Positions 50,637 through 64,000 of a stretch of 64,000 bases of DNA are shown piece by piece. Source of the stretch: Eledone cirrhosa (taxonomy: Eukaryota); contig OZ024764.1 in assembly GCA_964016885.1 (NCBI GenBank), positions 27,032,001 to 27,096,000 on the forward strand. Direction: 5' to 3'. A program made the position numbers and the translations under genes. Within the stretch, counting starts at the first letter, position 1. Every line of letters begins with the position of its first letter. The notes under the pieces were generated by a model that did no database searches, was not told where the DNA came from, and worked only from the letters and a program-made list of their open reading frames with translations.

Positions 50637-50640
<4 letters not shown>
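49890..50640 (+). mobile_element. Helitron 5' part, copy 7
   Basis: N-terminal Cys-rich motif through NTMHGITNE. The remainder is not reached within the window. Confidence 0.9.
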
Positions 50641-50675
<35 letters not shown>

Positions 50676-51564
50676 TACTAAAGAGTATGTAAAATTTTAA
50701 AATAAATACTTAAATTCAATTTGTATAATTACACATACAATATGTTTTGTTGTAAAACCCTAAATAATGATTTAAGAAATGATGTCAATCTCTTTGTACA
50801 GAGAAAAACAATTTATATATATGCATTGTGTGCGCGTGTATACTCCATTTAAGACAGTGAAAAACCTAGTACCTCCTTCAAAGAATGCCAAATAGTTTAT
50901 GCCTAAGGTGTAACACTAATTAAGTTACCGGTGTAGATATTTCAGTTGAACCCTGCTTCAAACATGCATATTATTATTATATATTTTCAAACACACTTAC
51001 ATACATTATATTTATACACATAGAAATAATAAGTTAAAACTAAAGTATAATGATATAACAACAGTATATAATAGTTTTCTTCACTTTATTGAAATGCAAT
51101 CGTTTTAAAGAAAAAACATGACAGTATAAGAAATATTTAATATGATAACATAATATTTCAGGTAGGATGGTCGTTTCTCTATGATGGTGGTTTCTCTTTG
51201 AACTAATAATTGTTTCTATTTTAGGCACAAGGTCAGTAATTAACCAGTACATTACTGGTACTTTATTTTATCGACCCCGTAAGGATGAAAGGCAAAGTTG
51301 ACCTCGGATCGTAAAGGGACGTAACTATGCTGGAAAGCATGGCGTCAGACCCTCTACCGATACTGCCAATTCACCATACAGTATAATTATACAAATATGC
51401 ATATAGATAGCAATATATATACACTAATATGTATGTACATATTTACACATATGTACATATATATAGGGAGAGAGAGAGACACATGTATGTATATATATAT
51501 ACACATGCGTGTATGCATGTGTGTTTATGTACATTCTTCGGTATATATATCGGTATACACATTG

Positions 51565-51830
51565 GAGACACAGAGAGAGAGAGTTGAAACGAGAGGTGAG
51601 AGAGTTGAAACAAGAGAGGAGATGGTTGAAACACGAGGAGAGAGAGAGAGTTGAAACGAGAGGAGAGAGAGAGAGTTGAAACGAGGAGAGAGTTGAAACA
51701 AGAGGGTGAGGGGAGAGAGGAAGAGAGAGAGAGAGAGGAAGAGAGAGAGAGGGGATGAGAGAGAGGAATAGAGATAGAGGGGAAGAGAGAGAGGGGGAGA
51801 GAAGGGGATGAAACAACAGAGAGAGGGGAT

Positions 51831-51869
<39 letters not shown>

Positions 51870-54800
51870 ATTGAAACAAGAGAGAGATGAAACAAGTGAG
51901 GGATTAGAGAGAGATGAAACAAGTGAGGGATTAGAGTGTTGAAACAAGAGAGAGAGAGCGAGATGAAATGAGAGAAAGAGAGTGAGATGAAATGAGAGAG
52001 TGGGAGCGAGATGAAACGAGACAGGGAGAGCGAGATGAAATGAGAGAGTTAGAGTGAGATGAAACGAGAGAGTGAGAGCGAGATGAAACGAGAGACAGAG
52101 AGAGCGAGATGACACGAGACAGAGAGCGAGATGAAATGAGAGAGAGAGAGTGAGAGAGAGAGATGAAACGAGAGAGAGAGTGCGAGATGAAACGAGAGTG
52201 AGAGAGCGAGATGAAACGAGAGACAGAGAGAGCGAGATGACACGAGACAGAGAGCGAGATGAAATGAGAGAGAGAGAGTGAGAGAGAGAGATGAAACGAG
52301 AGAGAGAGTGCGAGATGAAACGAGAGTGAGAGAGCGAGATGAAACGAGAGAGTGAGAGCGAGATGAAATGAGAGAGAGAGAGAACGAGATGAAATGAGAG
52401 AGAGAGCGAGATGAAATGAGACATAGAGAGATGAAACGAGAGAGAGATGAAACGAGAAAGAGAGGAAACGAGAGAGAGGAAACGTGAGTAGAGAGCGAGA
52501 TGAAACAGGAGCGAGAGAGCGAGATGAAACGAGAGGGAGAGAGAGATGAAACGAGAGCGAGAGAGAGATAGAGGGAAATGAAACGTCAGAGAGAGAGACA
52601 GATGAAACGAGGGATATAGAGATGAAACGAGAGAGAGAGATGAAACGAGAGAGAGGAAGAGAGAGATAGAACGAGAGAGAGGAAGAGAGAGATGAAACGA
52701 GAGAGAAGAAGACAGAGGTGACACGAGAGAGAGAGCGAGATGAAACGAGAGAGAGAGCGAGATGAAACGAGAGAGAGGAAGAGAGAGAGCGAGAGATGAA
52801 ACTCTGTCATGGACATATCTGACCCTGGGGTTAATAATTGTCATGTAATGTTATGGACATCTCTGCCCCTGTGGCTAATAATTCTGTCATGTAATGTTAT
52901 GGACATCTCTGCCCCTGTGGCTAATAATTCTGTCATGTAATGTTATGGAAATCTCTGCCCCTGTGGCTAATAATTCTGACATGTAATGTTATGGAATCTC
53001 TGCCCCTGTGGCTAATAAATCTGTCATTTGATGTTACGGACATCTCTGCCCCTGTCGCTAATAAATCTGTCATGTAATGTTATGGACATCTCTGCCCCTG
53101 TGGCTAATAATTGTGACATGTAATGTTATGGACATCTCTGCCCCTGTAGCTAATAATTCTGACATGTAATGTTATGGACATCTCTGCCCCTGTTGCTAAT
53201 AAATTCGTCATGTAATGTTATGGACATCTCTGCCCCTGTGGCTAATAAATCTGTCATGTAATGTTATGGACATCTCTGCCCCTGTGGCTAATAATTCTGA
53301 CATGTAATGTTATGGACATCTCTGCCCCTGTGGCTAATAATTCTGACATGTAATGTTATGGACATCTCTGCCCCTGTGGATAATAATTCTGAGAGAGATG
53401 AAACAAGTGAGGGATTAGAGAGAGATGAAACAAGTGAGGGATTAGAGTGTTGAAACAAGAGAGAGAGAGGAAGAGAGAGTGAGAGCGAAATCAAACGAGA
53501 GAGAGCGAGATGAAATGAGAGAGTGAGAGCGAGATGAAACGAGAGAGAGAGAGAGAGAGAGCGAGATGAAATGAGAGAGAGAGAGCGAGATGAAATGAGA
53601 GAGAGAGAGCGAGATGAAACGAGACAGAGAGAGCGGGATGAAACGAGACAGAGAGAGCGAGAGCGAGATGAAACGAGACAGAGAGAGCGAGATGAAACGA
53701 GAGAGAGAGAGCGAGATGAAATGAGAGAGAGAGAGCGAGATGAAATGAGAGAGAGAGAGCGAGATGAAACGAGAGAGTGAGAGCGAGATGGAACGAGACA
53801 GAGAGAGCGAGATGAAACGAGAGTGGGAGAGCTAGATGAAACGAGAGAGAGAGGAAATGAGAGAGACGAAACGAGAGAGAGGAAACGAGAGTAGAGAGCG
53901 AGATGAAACAGGAGAGAGAGAGCGAGATGAAACAGGAGCGAGAGAGCGAGATGAAACGAGAGGGAGAGAGAGATGAAACGAGAGAGCGAGAGAGATATAG
54001 AGGGAGATGAAACGACAGAGAGAGAGACACATGAAACGAGGGAGATAGAGATGAAACGAGAGAGAGAGATGAAACGAGAGAGAGGAAGAGAGAGATGGAA
54101 CGAGAGAGAGGAAGAGAGAGATGGAACGAGAGAGAGGAAGACAGAGATGAAACGAGAGAGAGAGAGAGCAAGATGAAACGAGAGAGAGAGATGAAACGAG
54201 AGAGAGGAAGAGAGAGATGGAACGAGAGAGAGGAAGAGAGAGATGGAACGAGCGAGAGGAAGACAGAGATGAAACGAGACAGAGAGAGATCGAGATGAAA
54301 CGAGAGAGAGGAAGAGAGAGAGCGCAAGATGAAACGAGAGAGAGATAGAGAGCGAGATGAAACGAGAGAGAGGAAGAGAGAGAGCGCGAGATGAAACGAG
54401 AGAGAGGAAGAGAGAGAGAGCGCGAGATGAAATGAGAGAGAGAGAGAGCGAGATGAAATGAGAGATTGAGAGTGAGATGAAACGAGAGAGTGAGAGAGAG
54501 CGAGATGAAATGAGAGAGAGAGAGCGAGATGAAATGAGAGAGAGAGAGCGAGATGAAACGAGACAGAGAGAGCGGGATGAAACGAGACAGAGAGATCGAG
54601 ATGAAATGAGAGAGAGAGAGCGAGATGAAATGAGAGAGAGAGAGCGAGATGAAACGAGAGAGTGAGAGCGAGATGGAACGAGTCAGAGAGAGCGAAATGA
54701 AACGAGAGAGTGAGAGCTAGATGAAACGAGAGAGAGAGGAAACGAGAGAGAGAGGAAACGAGAGAGAGGAAACGAGAGAGAGGAAACGAGAGTAGAGAGC

Positions 54801-57800
54801 AAGATGAAACAGGACAGAGAGAGAGCGAGATGAAACCGGAGAGAGAGAGCGAGATGAAACGAGAGGGAGGGAGAGATGAAACGAGAGAGCGAGAGAGAGA
54901 TAGAGGGAGATGAAACGAGAGAGTGATAGCTAGATGAAACGAGAGAGAGAGGAATAGAGAGATGGAACGAGAGAGAGGAAGACAGATATGAAACGAGAGA
55001 GAGAGAGAGCGAGATGAAACGAGAGAGAGGAAGAGAGAGAGCGCGAGATGAAAGTCTGTCATGTAATGTTATGGACATATCTGCCCTTGGGGCTAATAAT
55101 TGTCATGTAATGTTATGGACATATCTACCCTTGGGGCTAATAATTGTCATGTAATGTTATGTACATCTCTGCCCCTGTGGCAAATAATTCTGTCATGTAA
55201 TGTTATGGACATCTCTGTCCCTGTGGCTAATAATTATGTCATGTAATGTTATGGACATCTCTGCCCCTGTGGCTAATAATTCTGTCATGTAATGTTATGG
55301 ACATCTCTGCCCCTGTGGCTAATAAATTCGTCATGTAATGTTATGGACATCTCTGCCCCTGTGGCTAATAAATCTGTCATGTAATGTTATGGACATCTCT
55401 GCCCCTGTGGCTAATAATTCTGACATGTAATGTTATGGATATCTCTGCCCCTGTGGCTAATAATTCTGAGAGTGATGAAACAAGTGAGGGATAAGAGAGA
55501 GATGAAACAAATGAGGGATTAGAGTGTTGAAACAAGAGAGAGAGAGGAAGAGAGAGTGAGAGCGAGATCAAACGAGAGAGAGAGAGCGAGATGAAATGAG
55601 AGAGTGAGAGCGAGATGAAACGAGAGAGAGAGAGCGAGATGAAATGAGAGAGCGAGAGCGAGATGAAATGAGAGAGAGAGAGCAAGATGAAACGAGACAG
55701 AGAGAGCGAGATGAAACGAGAGAGAGAGAGAGCGAAATGAAACGAGACAGATTAGAGCGAGATGAAACGAGAGAGAGAGAGCGAGATGAAATGAGAGAGA
55801 GAGAGCGAGATGAAACGAGAGAGTGAGAGCTAGAGGAAACGAGAGAGAGAGGAAACGAGAGAGAGGATACGAGAGAGAGGAAACGAGAGTAGAGAGCGAG
55901 ATGAAACAGGAGAGAGAGAGCGAGATGAAACAGGAGAGAGAGAGCGAGATGAAACGAGAGGGTGAGAGAGATGAAACGAGAGAGCGAGAGAGAGATAGAG
56001 GGAGATGAAACGACAGAGAGAGAGACAGATGAAACGAGGGAGATAGAGATGAAACGAGAGAGAGAGATGAAACGAGAGAGAGGAAGAGAGAGATGGAACG
56101 AGAGAGAGGAAGAGAGAGATGGAACGAGAGAGAGGAAGACAGAGATGAAACGAGAGAGAGAGAGAGCGAGATGAAACGAGAGAGAGGAAGAGAGAACGCG
56201 AGATGAAACGAGAGAGAGAGAGAGCAAGATGAAACGAGAGAGAGGAAGAGAGAGAGCGCAAGATGAAACGAGAGAGAGAGCGCGAGATGAAAGTCTGTCA
56301 TGTAATGTTATGGACATATCTGCCCTTGGGGCTAATAATTGTCATGTAATGTTATGGAAATCTCTGCCTCTGTGGCTAATAATTCTTTCATGTAATGTTA
56401 TGGACATCTCTGCCCCTGTGGCTAATAATTCTGTCATGTAATGTTATGGACATCTCTGCCCCTGTGGCTAATAAATCTGTCATGTAATGTTATGGACATC
56501 TCTGCCCCTGTGGCTAATAATTCTGACATGTAATGTTATGGACATCTCTGCCCCTGTGGCTAATAAATATGACATGTAATGTTATGGACATCTCTGCCCC
56601 TGTGGCTAATAAATCTGTCATGTAATGTTATGGACATCTCTGCCCCTGTGGCTAATAATTCTGACATGTAATGTTATGGACATCTCTGCCCCTGTGGCTA
56701 ATAATTCTGAGAGAGATGAAACAAGTGAGGGATTAGAGAGAGATGAAACAAGTGAGGGATTAGAGTGTTGAAACAAGAGAGAGAGAGAGAGGAAGAGAGA
56801 GTGAGAGCGAAATCAAACGAGAGAGAGCGAGATGAAATGAGAGAGTGAGAGCGAGATGAAACGAGAGAGAGAGAGAGAGCGAGATGAAATGAGAGAGAGA
56901 CAGCGAGATGAAATGAGAGAGAGAGAGCGAGATGAAACGAGACAGAGAGAGCGGGATGAAACGAGACAGAGAGAGCGAGAGCGAGATGAAACGAGACAGA
57001 GAGAGCGAGATGAAACGAGAGAGAGAGAGCGAGATGAAATGAGAGAGAGAGAGCGAGATGAAATGAGAGAGAGAGAGCGAGATGAAACGAGAGAGTGAGA
57101 GCGAGATGGAACGAGACAGAGAGAGCGAGATGAAACGAGAGTGGGAGAGCTAGATGAAACGAGAGAGAGAGGAAACGAGAGAGACGAAACGAGAGAGAGG
57201 AAACGAGAGTAGAGAGCGAACTGAAACAGGATAGAGAGAGCGAGATGAAACAGTAGAGAGAGAGCGAGATGAAACGAGAGGGAGAGAGAGATGAAACGAG
57301 AGAGCGAGATAGAGGGAGATGAAACGACAGAGAGAGAGACAGATGAAACGAGGGAGATAGAGATGAAACGAGAGAGAGAGATGAAACGAGAGAGAGGAAG
57401 AGAGAGATGGAACGAGAGAGAGGAAGGGAGAGATGGAACGAGAGAGAGGAAGACAGAGATGAAACGAGAGAGAGAGAGAGCAAGATGAAACGAGAGAGAG
57501 AGATGAAACGAGAGAGAGGAAGAGAGAGATGGAACGAGAGAGAGGAAGAGAGAGATGGAACGAGCGAGAGGAAGACAGAGATGAAACGAGACAGAGAGAG
57601 ATCGAGATGAAACGAGAGAGAGGAAGAGAGAGAGCGCAAGATGAAACGAGAGAGAGAGAGAGAGAGCGAGATGAAACGAGAGAGAGGAAGAGAGAGAGCG
57701 CGAGATGAAACGAGAGAGAGGAAGAGAGAGAGCGCGAGATGAAATGAGAGAGAGAGAGCGAGATGAAATGAGAGATTGAGAGTGAGATGAAACGAGAGAG

Positions 57801-60800
57801 TGAGAGAGAGCGAGATGAAATGACAGAGAGAGAGCGAGATGAAATGAGAGAGAGAGAGCGAGATGAAACGAGACAGAGAGAGCGGGATGAAACGAGACAG
57901 AGAGATCGAGATGAAATGAGAGAGAGAGAGCGAGATGAAATGAGAGAGAGAGAGCGAGATGAAACGAGAGAGTGAGAGCGAGATGGAACGAGTCAGAGAG
58001 AGCGAGATGAAACGAGAGAGTGAGAGCTAGATGAAACGAGAGAGAGAGGAAACGAGAGAGAGAGGAAACGAGAGAGAGGAAACGAGAGTAGAGAGCGAAC
58101 TGAAACAGGATAGAGAGAGCGAGATGAAACAGTAGAGAGAGAGCGAGATGAAACGAGAGGGAGAGAGAGATGAAACGAGAGAGCGAGATAGAGGGAGATG
58201 AAACGACAGAGAGAGAGACAGATGAAACGAGGGAGATAGAGATGAAACGAGAGAGAGAGATGAAACGAGAGAGAGGAAGAGAGAGATGGAACGAGAGAGA
58301 GGAAGGGAGAGATGGAACGAGAGAGAGGAAGACAGAGATGAAACGAGAGAGAGAGAGAGCAAGATGAAACGAGAGAGAGAGATGAAACGAGAGAGAGGAA
58401 GAGAGAGATGGAACGAGAGAGAGGAAGAGAGAGATGGAACGAGCGAGAGGAAGACAGAGATGAAACGAGACAGAGAGAGATCGAGATGAAACGAGAGAGA
58501 GGAAGAGAGAGAGCGCAAGATGAAACGAGAGAGAGAGAGAGAGCGAGATGAAACGAGAGAGAGGAAGAGAGAGAGCGCGAGATGAAACGAGAGAGAGGAA
58601 GAGAGAGAGCGCGAGATGAAATGAGAGAGAGAGAGCGAGATGAAATGAGAGATTGAGAGTGAGATGAAACGAGAGAGTGAGAGAGAGCGAGATGAAATGA
58701 CAGAGAGAGAGCGAGATGAAATGAGAGAGAGAGAGCGAGATGAAACGAGACAGAGAGAGCGGGATGAAACGAGACAGAGAGATCGAGATGAAATGAGAGA
58801 GAGAGAGCGAGATGAAATGAGAGAGAGAGAGCGAGATGAAACGAGAGAGTGACAGCGAGATGGAACGAGTCAGAGAGAGCGAGATGAAACGAGAGAGTGA
58901 GAGCTAGATGAAACGAGAGAGAGAGGAAACGAGAGAGAGAGGAAACGAGAGAGAGGAAACGAGAGAGAGGAAACGAGAGTAGAGAGCAAGATGAAACAGG
59001 AGAGAGAGAGAGCGAGATGAAACCGGAGAGAGAGAGCGAGATGAAACGAGAGGGAGGGAGAGATGAAACGAGAGAGCGAGAGAGAGATAGAGGGAGATGA
59101 AACGAGAGAGTGATAGCTAGATGAAACGAGAGAGAGAGGAATAGAGAGATGGAACGAGAGAGAGGAAGACAGATATGAAACGAGAGAGAGAGAGAGCGAG
59201 ATGAAACGAGAGAGAGGAAGAGAGAGAGCGCGAGATGAAACGAGAGAGAGAGAGCGAGATGAAACGAGAGAGAGAGCGAGATGAAACGAGAGAGAGGAAG
59301 AGAGAGAGCGCGAGATGAAAGTCTGTCATGTAATGTTATGGACATATCTGCCCTTGGGGCTAATAATTGTCATGTAATGTTATGGACATATCCACCCTTG
59401 GGGCTAATAATTGTCATGTAATGTTATGTACATCTCTGCCCCTGTGGCAAATAATTCTGTCATGTAATGTTATGGATACCTCTGTCCCTGTGGCTAATAA
59501 TTATGTCATGTAATGTTATGGACATCTCTGCCCCTGTGGCTAATAATTCTGTCATGTAATGTTATGGACATCTCTGCCCCTGTGGCTAATAAATTCGTCA
59601 TGTAATGTTATGGACATCTCTGCCCCTGTGGCTAATAAATCTGTCACGTAATGTTTTGGACATCTCTTCCCCTGTGGCTAATAATTCTGACATGTAATGT
59701 TATGGATATCTCTGCCCCTGTGGCTAATAATTCTGAGAGAGATGAAACAAGTGAGGGATAAGAGAGAGATGAAACAAGTGAGGGATTAGAGTGTTGAAAC
59801 AAGAGAGAGAGAGGAAGAGAGAGTGAGAGCGAGATCAAACGAGAGAGAGAGAGCGAGATGAAATGAGAGAGTGAGAGCGAGATGAAACGAGAGAGAGAGA
59901 GCGAGATGAAATGAGAGAGAGAGAGCGAGATGAAATGAGAGAGAGAGAGCGAGATGAAACGAGACAGAGAGAGCGAGGTGAAACGAGAGAGAGAGAGAGC
60001 GAAATGAAACGAGACAGATTAGAGCGAGATGAAAAGAGAGAGAGAGAGCAAGATGAAATGAGAGAGAGAGAGCGAGATGAAACGAGAGAGTGAGAGCTAG
60101 AGGAAACGATAGAGACAGGAAACGAGAGAGAGAGGAAACGAGAGAGAGGATACGAGAGAGAGGAAACGAGAGTAAAGAGCGAGATGAAACAGGAGAGAGA
60201 GAGCGAGATGAAACAGGAGAGAGAGAGCGAGATGAAACGAGAGGGAGAGTGAGATGAAACGAGAGAGCGAGAGAGAGATAGAGGGAGATGAAACGACAGA
60301 GAGAGAGACAGATGAAACGAGTGAGATAGAGATGAAACGAGAGAGAGAGATGAAACGAGAGAGAGGAAGAGAGAGATGGAACGAGAGAGAGGAAGACAGA
60401 GATGAAACGAGAGAGAGAGAGAGCGAGATGAAACGAGAGAGAGGAAGAGAGAGAACGCGAGATGAAACGAGAGAGAGAGCGAGATGAAACGAGAGAGTGA
60501 GAGCTAGAGGAAACGAGAGAGAGAGGAAACGAGAGAGAGGATACGAGAGAGAGGAAACGAGAGTAGAGAGCGAGATGAAACAGGAGAGAGAGAGCGAGAT
60601 GAAACAGGAGAGAGAGAGCGAGATGAAACGAGAGGGTGAGAGAGATGAAACGAGAGAGCGAGAGAGAGATAGAGGGAGATGAAACGACAGAGAGAGAGAC
60701 AGATGAAACGAGGGAGATAGAGATGAAACGAGAGAGAGAGATGAAACGAGAGAGAGGAAGAGAGAGATGGAACGAGAGAGAGGAAGAGAGAGATGGAACG

Positions 60801-63800
60801 AGAGAGAGGAAGACAGAGATGAAACGAGAGAGAGAGAGAGCGAGATGAAACGAGAGAGAGGAAGAGAGAACGCGAGATGAAACGAGAGAGAGAGAGAGCA
60901 AGATGAAACGAGAGAGAGGAAGAGAGAGAGCGCAAGATGAAACGAGAGAGAGAGCGCGAGATGAAAGTCTGTCATGTAATGTTATGGACATATCTGCCCT
61001 TGGGGCTAATAATTGTCATGTAATGTTATGGAAATCTCTGCCTCTGTGGCTAATAATTCTTTCATGTAATGTTATGGACATCTCTGCCCCTGTGGCTAAT
61101 AATTCTGTCATGTAATGTTATGGACATCTCTGCCCCTGTGGCTAATAAATCTGTCATGTAATGTTATGGACATCTCTGCCCCTGTGGCTAATAATTCTGA
61201 CATGTAATGTTATGGACATCTCTGCCCCTGTGGCTAATAAATATGACATGTAATGTTATGGACATCTCTGCCCCTGTGGCTAATAAATCTGTCATGTAAT
61301 GTTATGGACATCTCTGCCCCTGTGGCTAATAATTCTGACATGTAATGTTATGGACATCTCTGCCCCTGTGGCTAATAATTCTGAGAGAGATGAAACAAGT
61401 GAGGGATTAGAGAGAGATGAAACAAGTGAGGGATTAGAGTGTTGAAACAAGAGAGAGAGAGAGAGGAAGAGAGAGTGAGAGCGAAATCAAACGAGAGAGA
61501 GCGAGATGAAATGAGAGAGTGAGAGCGAGATGAAACGAGAGAGAGAGAGAGAGCGAGATGAAATGAGAGAGAGACAGCGAGATGAAATGAGAGAGAGAGA
61601 GCGAGATGAAACGAGACAGAGAGAGCGGGATGAAACGAGACAGAGAGAGCGAGAGCGAGATGAAACGAGACAGAGAGAGCGAGATGAAACGAGAGAGAGA
61701 GAGCGAGATGAAATGAGAGAGAGAGAGCGAGATGAAATGAGAGAGAGAGAGCGAGATGAAACGAGAGAGTGAGAGCGAGATGGAACGAGACAGAGAGAGC
61801 GAGATGAAACGAGAGTGGGAGAGCTAGATGAAACGAGAGAGAGAGGAAACGAGAGAGACGAAACGAGAGAGAGGAAACGAGAGTAGAGAGCGAACTGAAA
61901 CAGGATAGAGAGAGCGAGATGAAACAGTAGAGAGAGAGCGAGATGAAACGAGAGGGAGAGAGAGATGAAACGAGAGAGCGAGATAGAGGGAGATGAAACG
62001 ACAGAGAGAGAGACAGATGAAACGAGGGAGATAGAGATGAAACGAGAGAGAGAGATGAAACGAGAGAGAGGAAGAGAGAGATGGAACGAGAGAGAGGAAG
62101 GGAGAGATGGAACGAGAGAGAGGAAGACAGAGATGAAACGAGAGAGAGAGAGAGCAAGATGAAACGAGAGAGAGAGATGAAACGAGAGAGAGGAAGAGAG
62201 AGATGGAACGAGAGAGAGGAAGAGAGAGATGGAACGAGCGAGAGGAAGACAGAGATGAAACGAGACAGAGAGAGATCGAGATGAAACGAGAGAGAGGAAG
62301 AGAGAGAGCGCAAGATGAAACGAGAGAGAGAGAGAGAGCGAGATGAAACGAGAGAGAGGAAGAGAGAGAGCGCGAGATGAAACGAGAGAGAGGAAGAGAG
62401 AGAGCGCGAGATGAAATGAGAGAGAGAGAGCGAGATGAAATGAGAGATTGAGAGTGAGATGAAACGAGAGAGTGAGAGAGAGCGAGATGAAATGACAGAG
62501 AGAGAGCGAGATGAAATGAGAGAGAGAGAGCGAGATGAAACGAGACAGAGAGAGCGGGATGAAACGAGACAGAGAGATCGAGATGAAATGAGAGAGAGAG
62601 AGCGAGATGAAATGAGAGAGAGAGAGCGAGATGAAACGAGAGAGTGAGAGCGAGATGGAACGAGTCAGAGAGAGCGAGATGAAACGAGAGAGTGAGAGCT
62701 AGATGAAACGAGAGAGAGAGGAAACGAGAGAGAGAGGAAACGAGAGAGAGGAAACGAGAGAGAGGAAACGAGAGTAGAGAGCAAGATGAAACAGGAGAGA
62801 GAGAGAGCGAGATGAAACCGGAGAGAGAGAGCGAGATGAAACGAGAGGGAGGGAGAGATGAAACGAGAGAGCGAGAGAGAGATAGAGGGAGATGAAACGA
62901 GAGAGTGATAGCTAGATGAAACGAGAGAGAGAGGAATAGAGAGATGGAACGAGAGAGAGGAAGACAGATATGAAACGAGAGAGAGAGAGAGCGAGATGAA
63001 ACGAGAGAGAGGAAGAGAGAGAGCGCGAGATGAAACGAGAGAGAGAGAGCGAGATGAAACGAGAGAGAGAGCGAGATGAAACGAGAGAGAGGAAGAGAGA
63101 GAGCGCGAGATGAAAGTCTGTCATGTAATGTTATGGACATATCTGCCCTTGGGGCTAATAATTGTCATGTAATGTTATGGACATATCCACCCTTGGGGCT
63201 AATAATTGTCATGTAATGTTATGTACATCTCTGCCCCTGTGGCAAATAATTCTGTCATGTAATGTTATGGATACCTCTGTCCCTGTGGCTAATAATTATG
63301 TCATGTAATGTTATGGACATCTCTGCCCCTGTGGCTAATAATTCTGTCATGTAATGTTATGGACATCTCTGCCCCTGTGGCTAATAAATTCGTCATGTAA
63401 TGTTATGGACATCTCTGCCCCTGTGGCTAATAAATCTGTCACGTAATGTTTTGGACATCTCTTCCCCTGTGGCTAATAATTCTGACATGTAATGTTATGG
63501 ATATCTCTGCCCCTGTGGCTAATAATTCTGAGAGAGATGAAACAAGTGAGGGATAAGAGAGAGATGAAACAAGTGAGGGATTAGAGTGTTGAAACAAGAG
63601 AGAGAGAGGAAGAGAGAGTGAGAGCGAGATCAAACGAGAGAGAGAGAGCGAGATGAAATGAGAGAGTGAGAGCGAGATGAAACGAGAGAGAGAGAGCGAG
63701 ATGAAATGAGAGAGAGAGAGCGAGATGAAATGAGAGAGAGAGAGCGAGATGAAACGAGACAGAGAGAGCGAGGTGAAACGAGAGAGAGAGAGAGCGAAAT

Positions 63801-64000
63801 GAAACGAGACAGATTAGAGCGAGATGAAAAGAGAGAGAGAGAGCAAGATGAAATGAGAGAGAGAGAGCGAGATGAAACGAGAGAGTGAGAGCTAGAGGAA
63901 ACGATAGAGACAGGAAACGAGAGAGAGAGGAAACGAGAGAGAGGATACGAGAGAGAGGAAACGAGAGTAAAGAGCGAGATGAAACAGGAGAGAGAGAGCG
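51565..64000. repeat. Composite higher-order satellite: GA arms alternating with six 46-mer blocks
   Basis: 46-mer blocks at 52803-53390, 55055-55467, 56294-56708, 59322-59734, 60968-61382 and 63117-63529. Confidence 0.95.

Noticed and set aside
51424-63888. Long Ser/Leu-rich (-) and Arg/Glu-rich (+) ORFs of up to 523 aa
   Set aside because: They are translations of the GA/CT satellite, which is stop-poor by composition and open in several frames.

Overview
Eukaryotic, AT-rich, repeat-only DNA, most likely a coleoid cephalopod (Octopus-like). This assignment is an inference from tRNA-derived SINEs, an RTE LINE with a (TGA)n tail, a piggyBac-like MITE and dense (TA)/(GA)/(CA) microsatellites. 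I found no intact host gene, rRNA, tRNA or CRISPR. The window is a tandem array of a ~12-kb composite unit seen in 7 whole or partial copies: U1 1-12021, U2 12022-~22354, U3 ~22355-31337, U4 31338-33936, U5 33937-45987, U6 45988-48616 and U7 48617-64000. The full unit holds an internally deleted, pseudogenised Helitron RepHel, a PHD-finger remnant, three CRE-like retrotransposon fragments, hAT-like ends, SINEs, 46-bp and 55-bp minisatellites and a ~1.2-kb palindrome. U2 has a unique segment with a 5'-truncated RTE LINE carrying an intact PHD finger. U4 and U6 are truncated at an 8 x 89-bp foldback array whose inversion point differs between the two copies. In U7 a ~1.2-kb GA-satellite plus 46-mer module has expanded into a >12-kb higher-order satellite. 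Coordinates were read by eye and family names come from motif recognition, not database searches.
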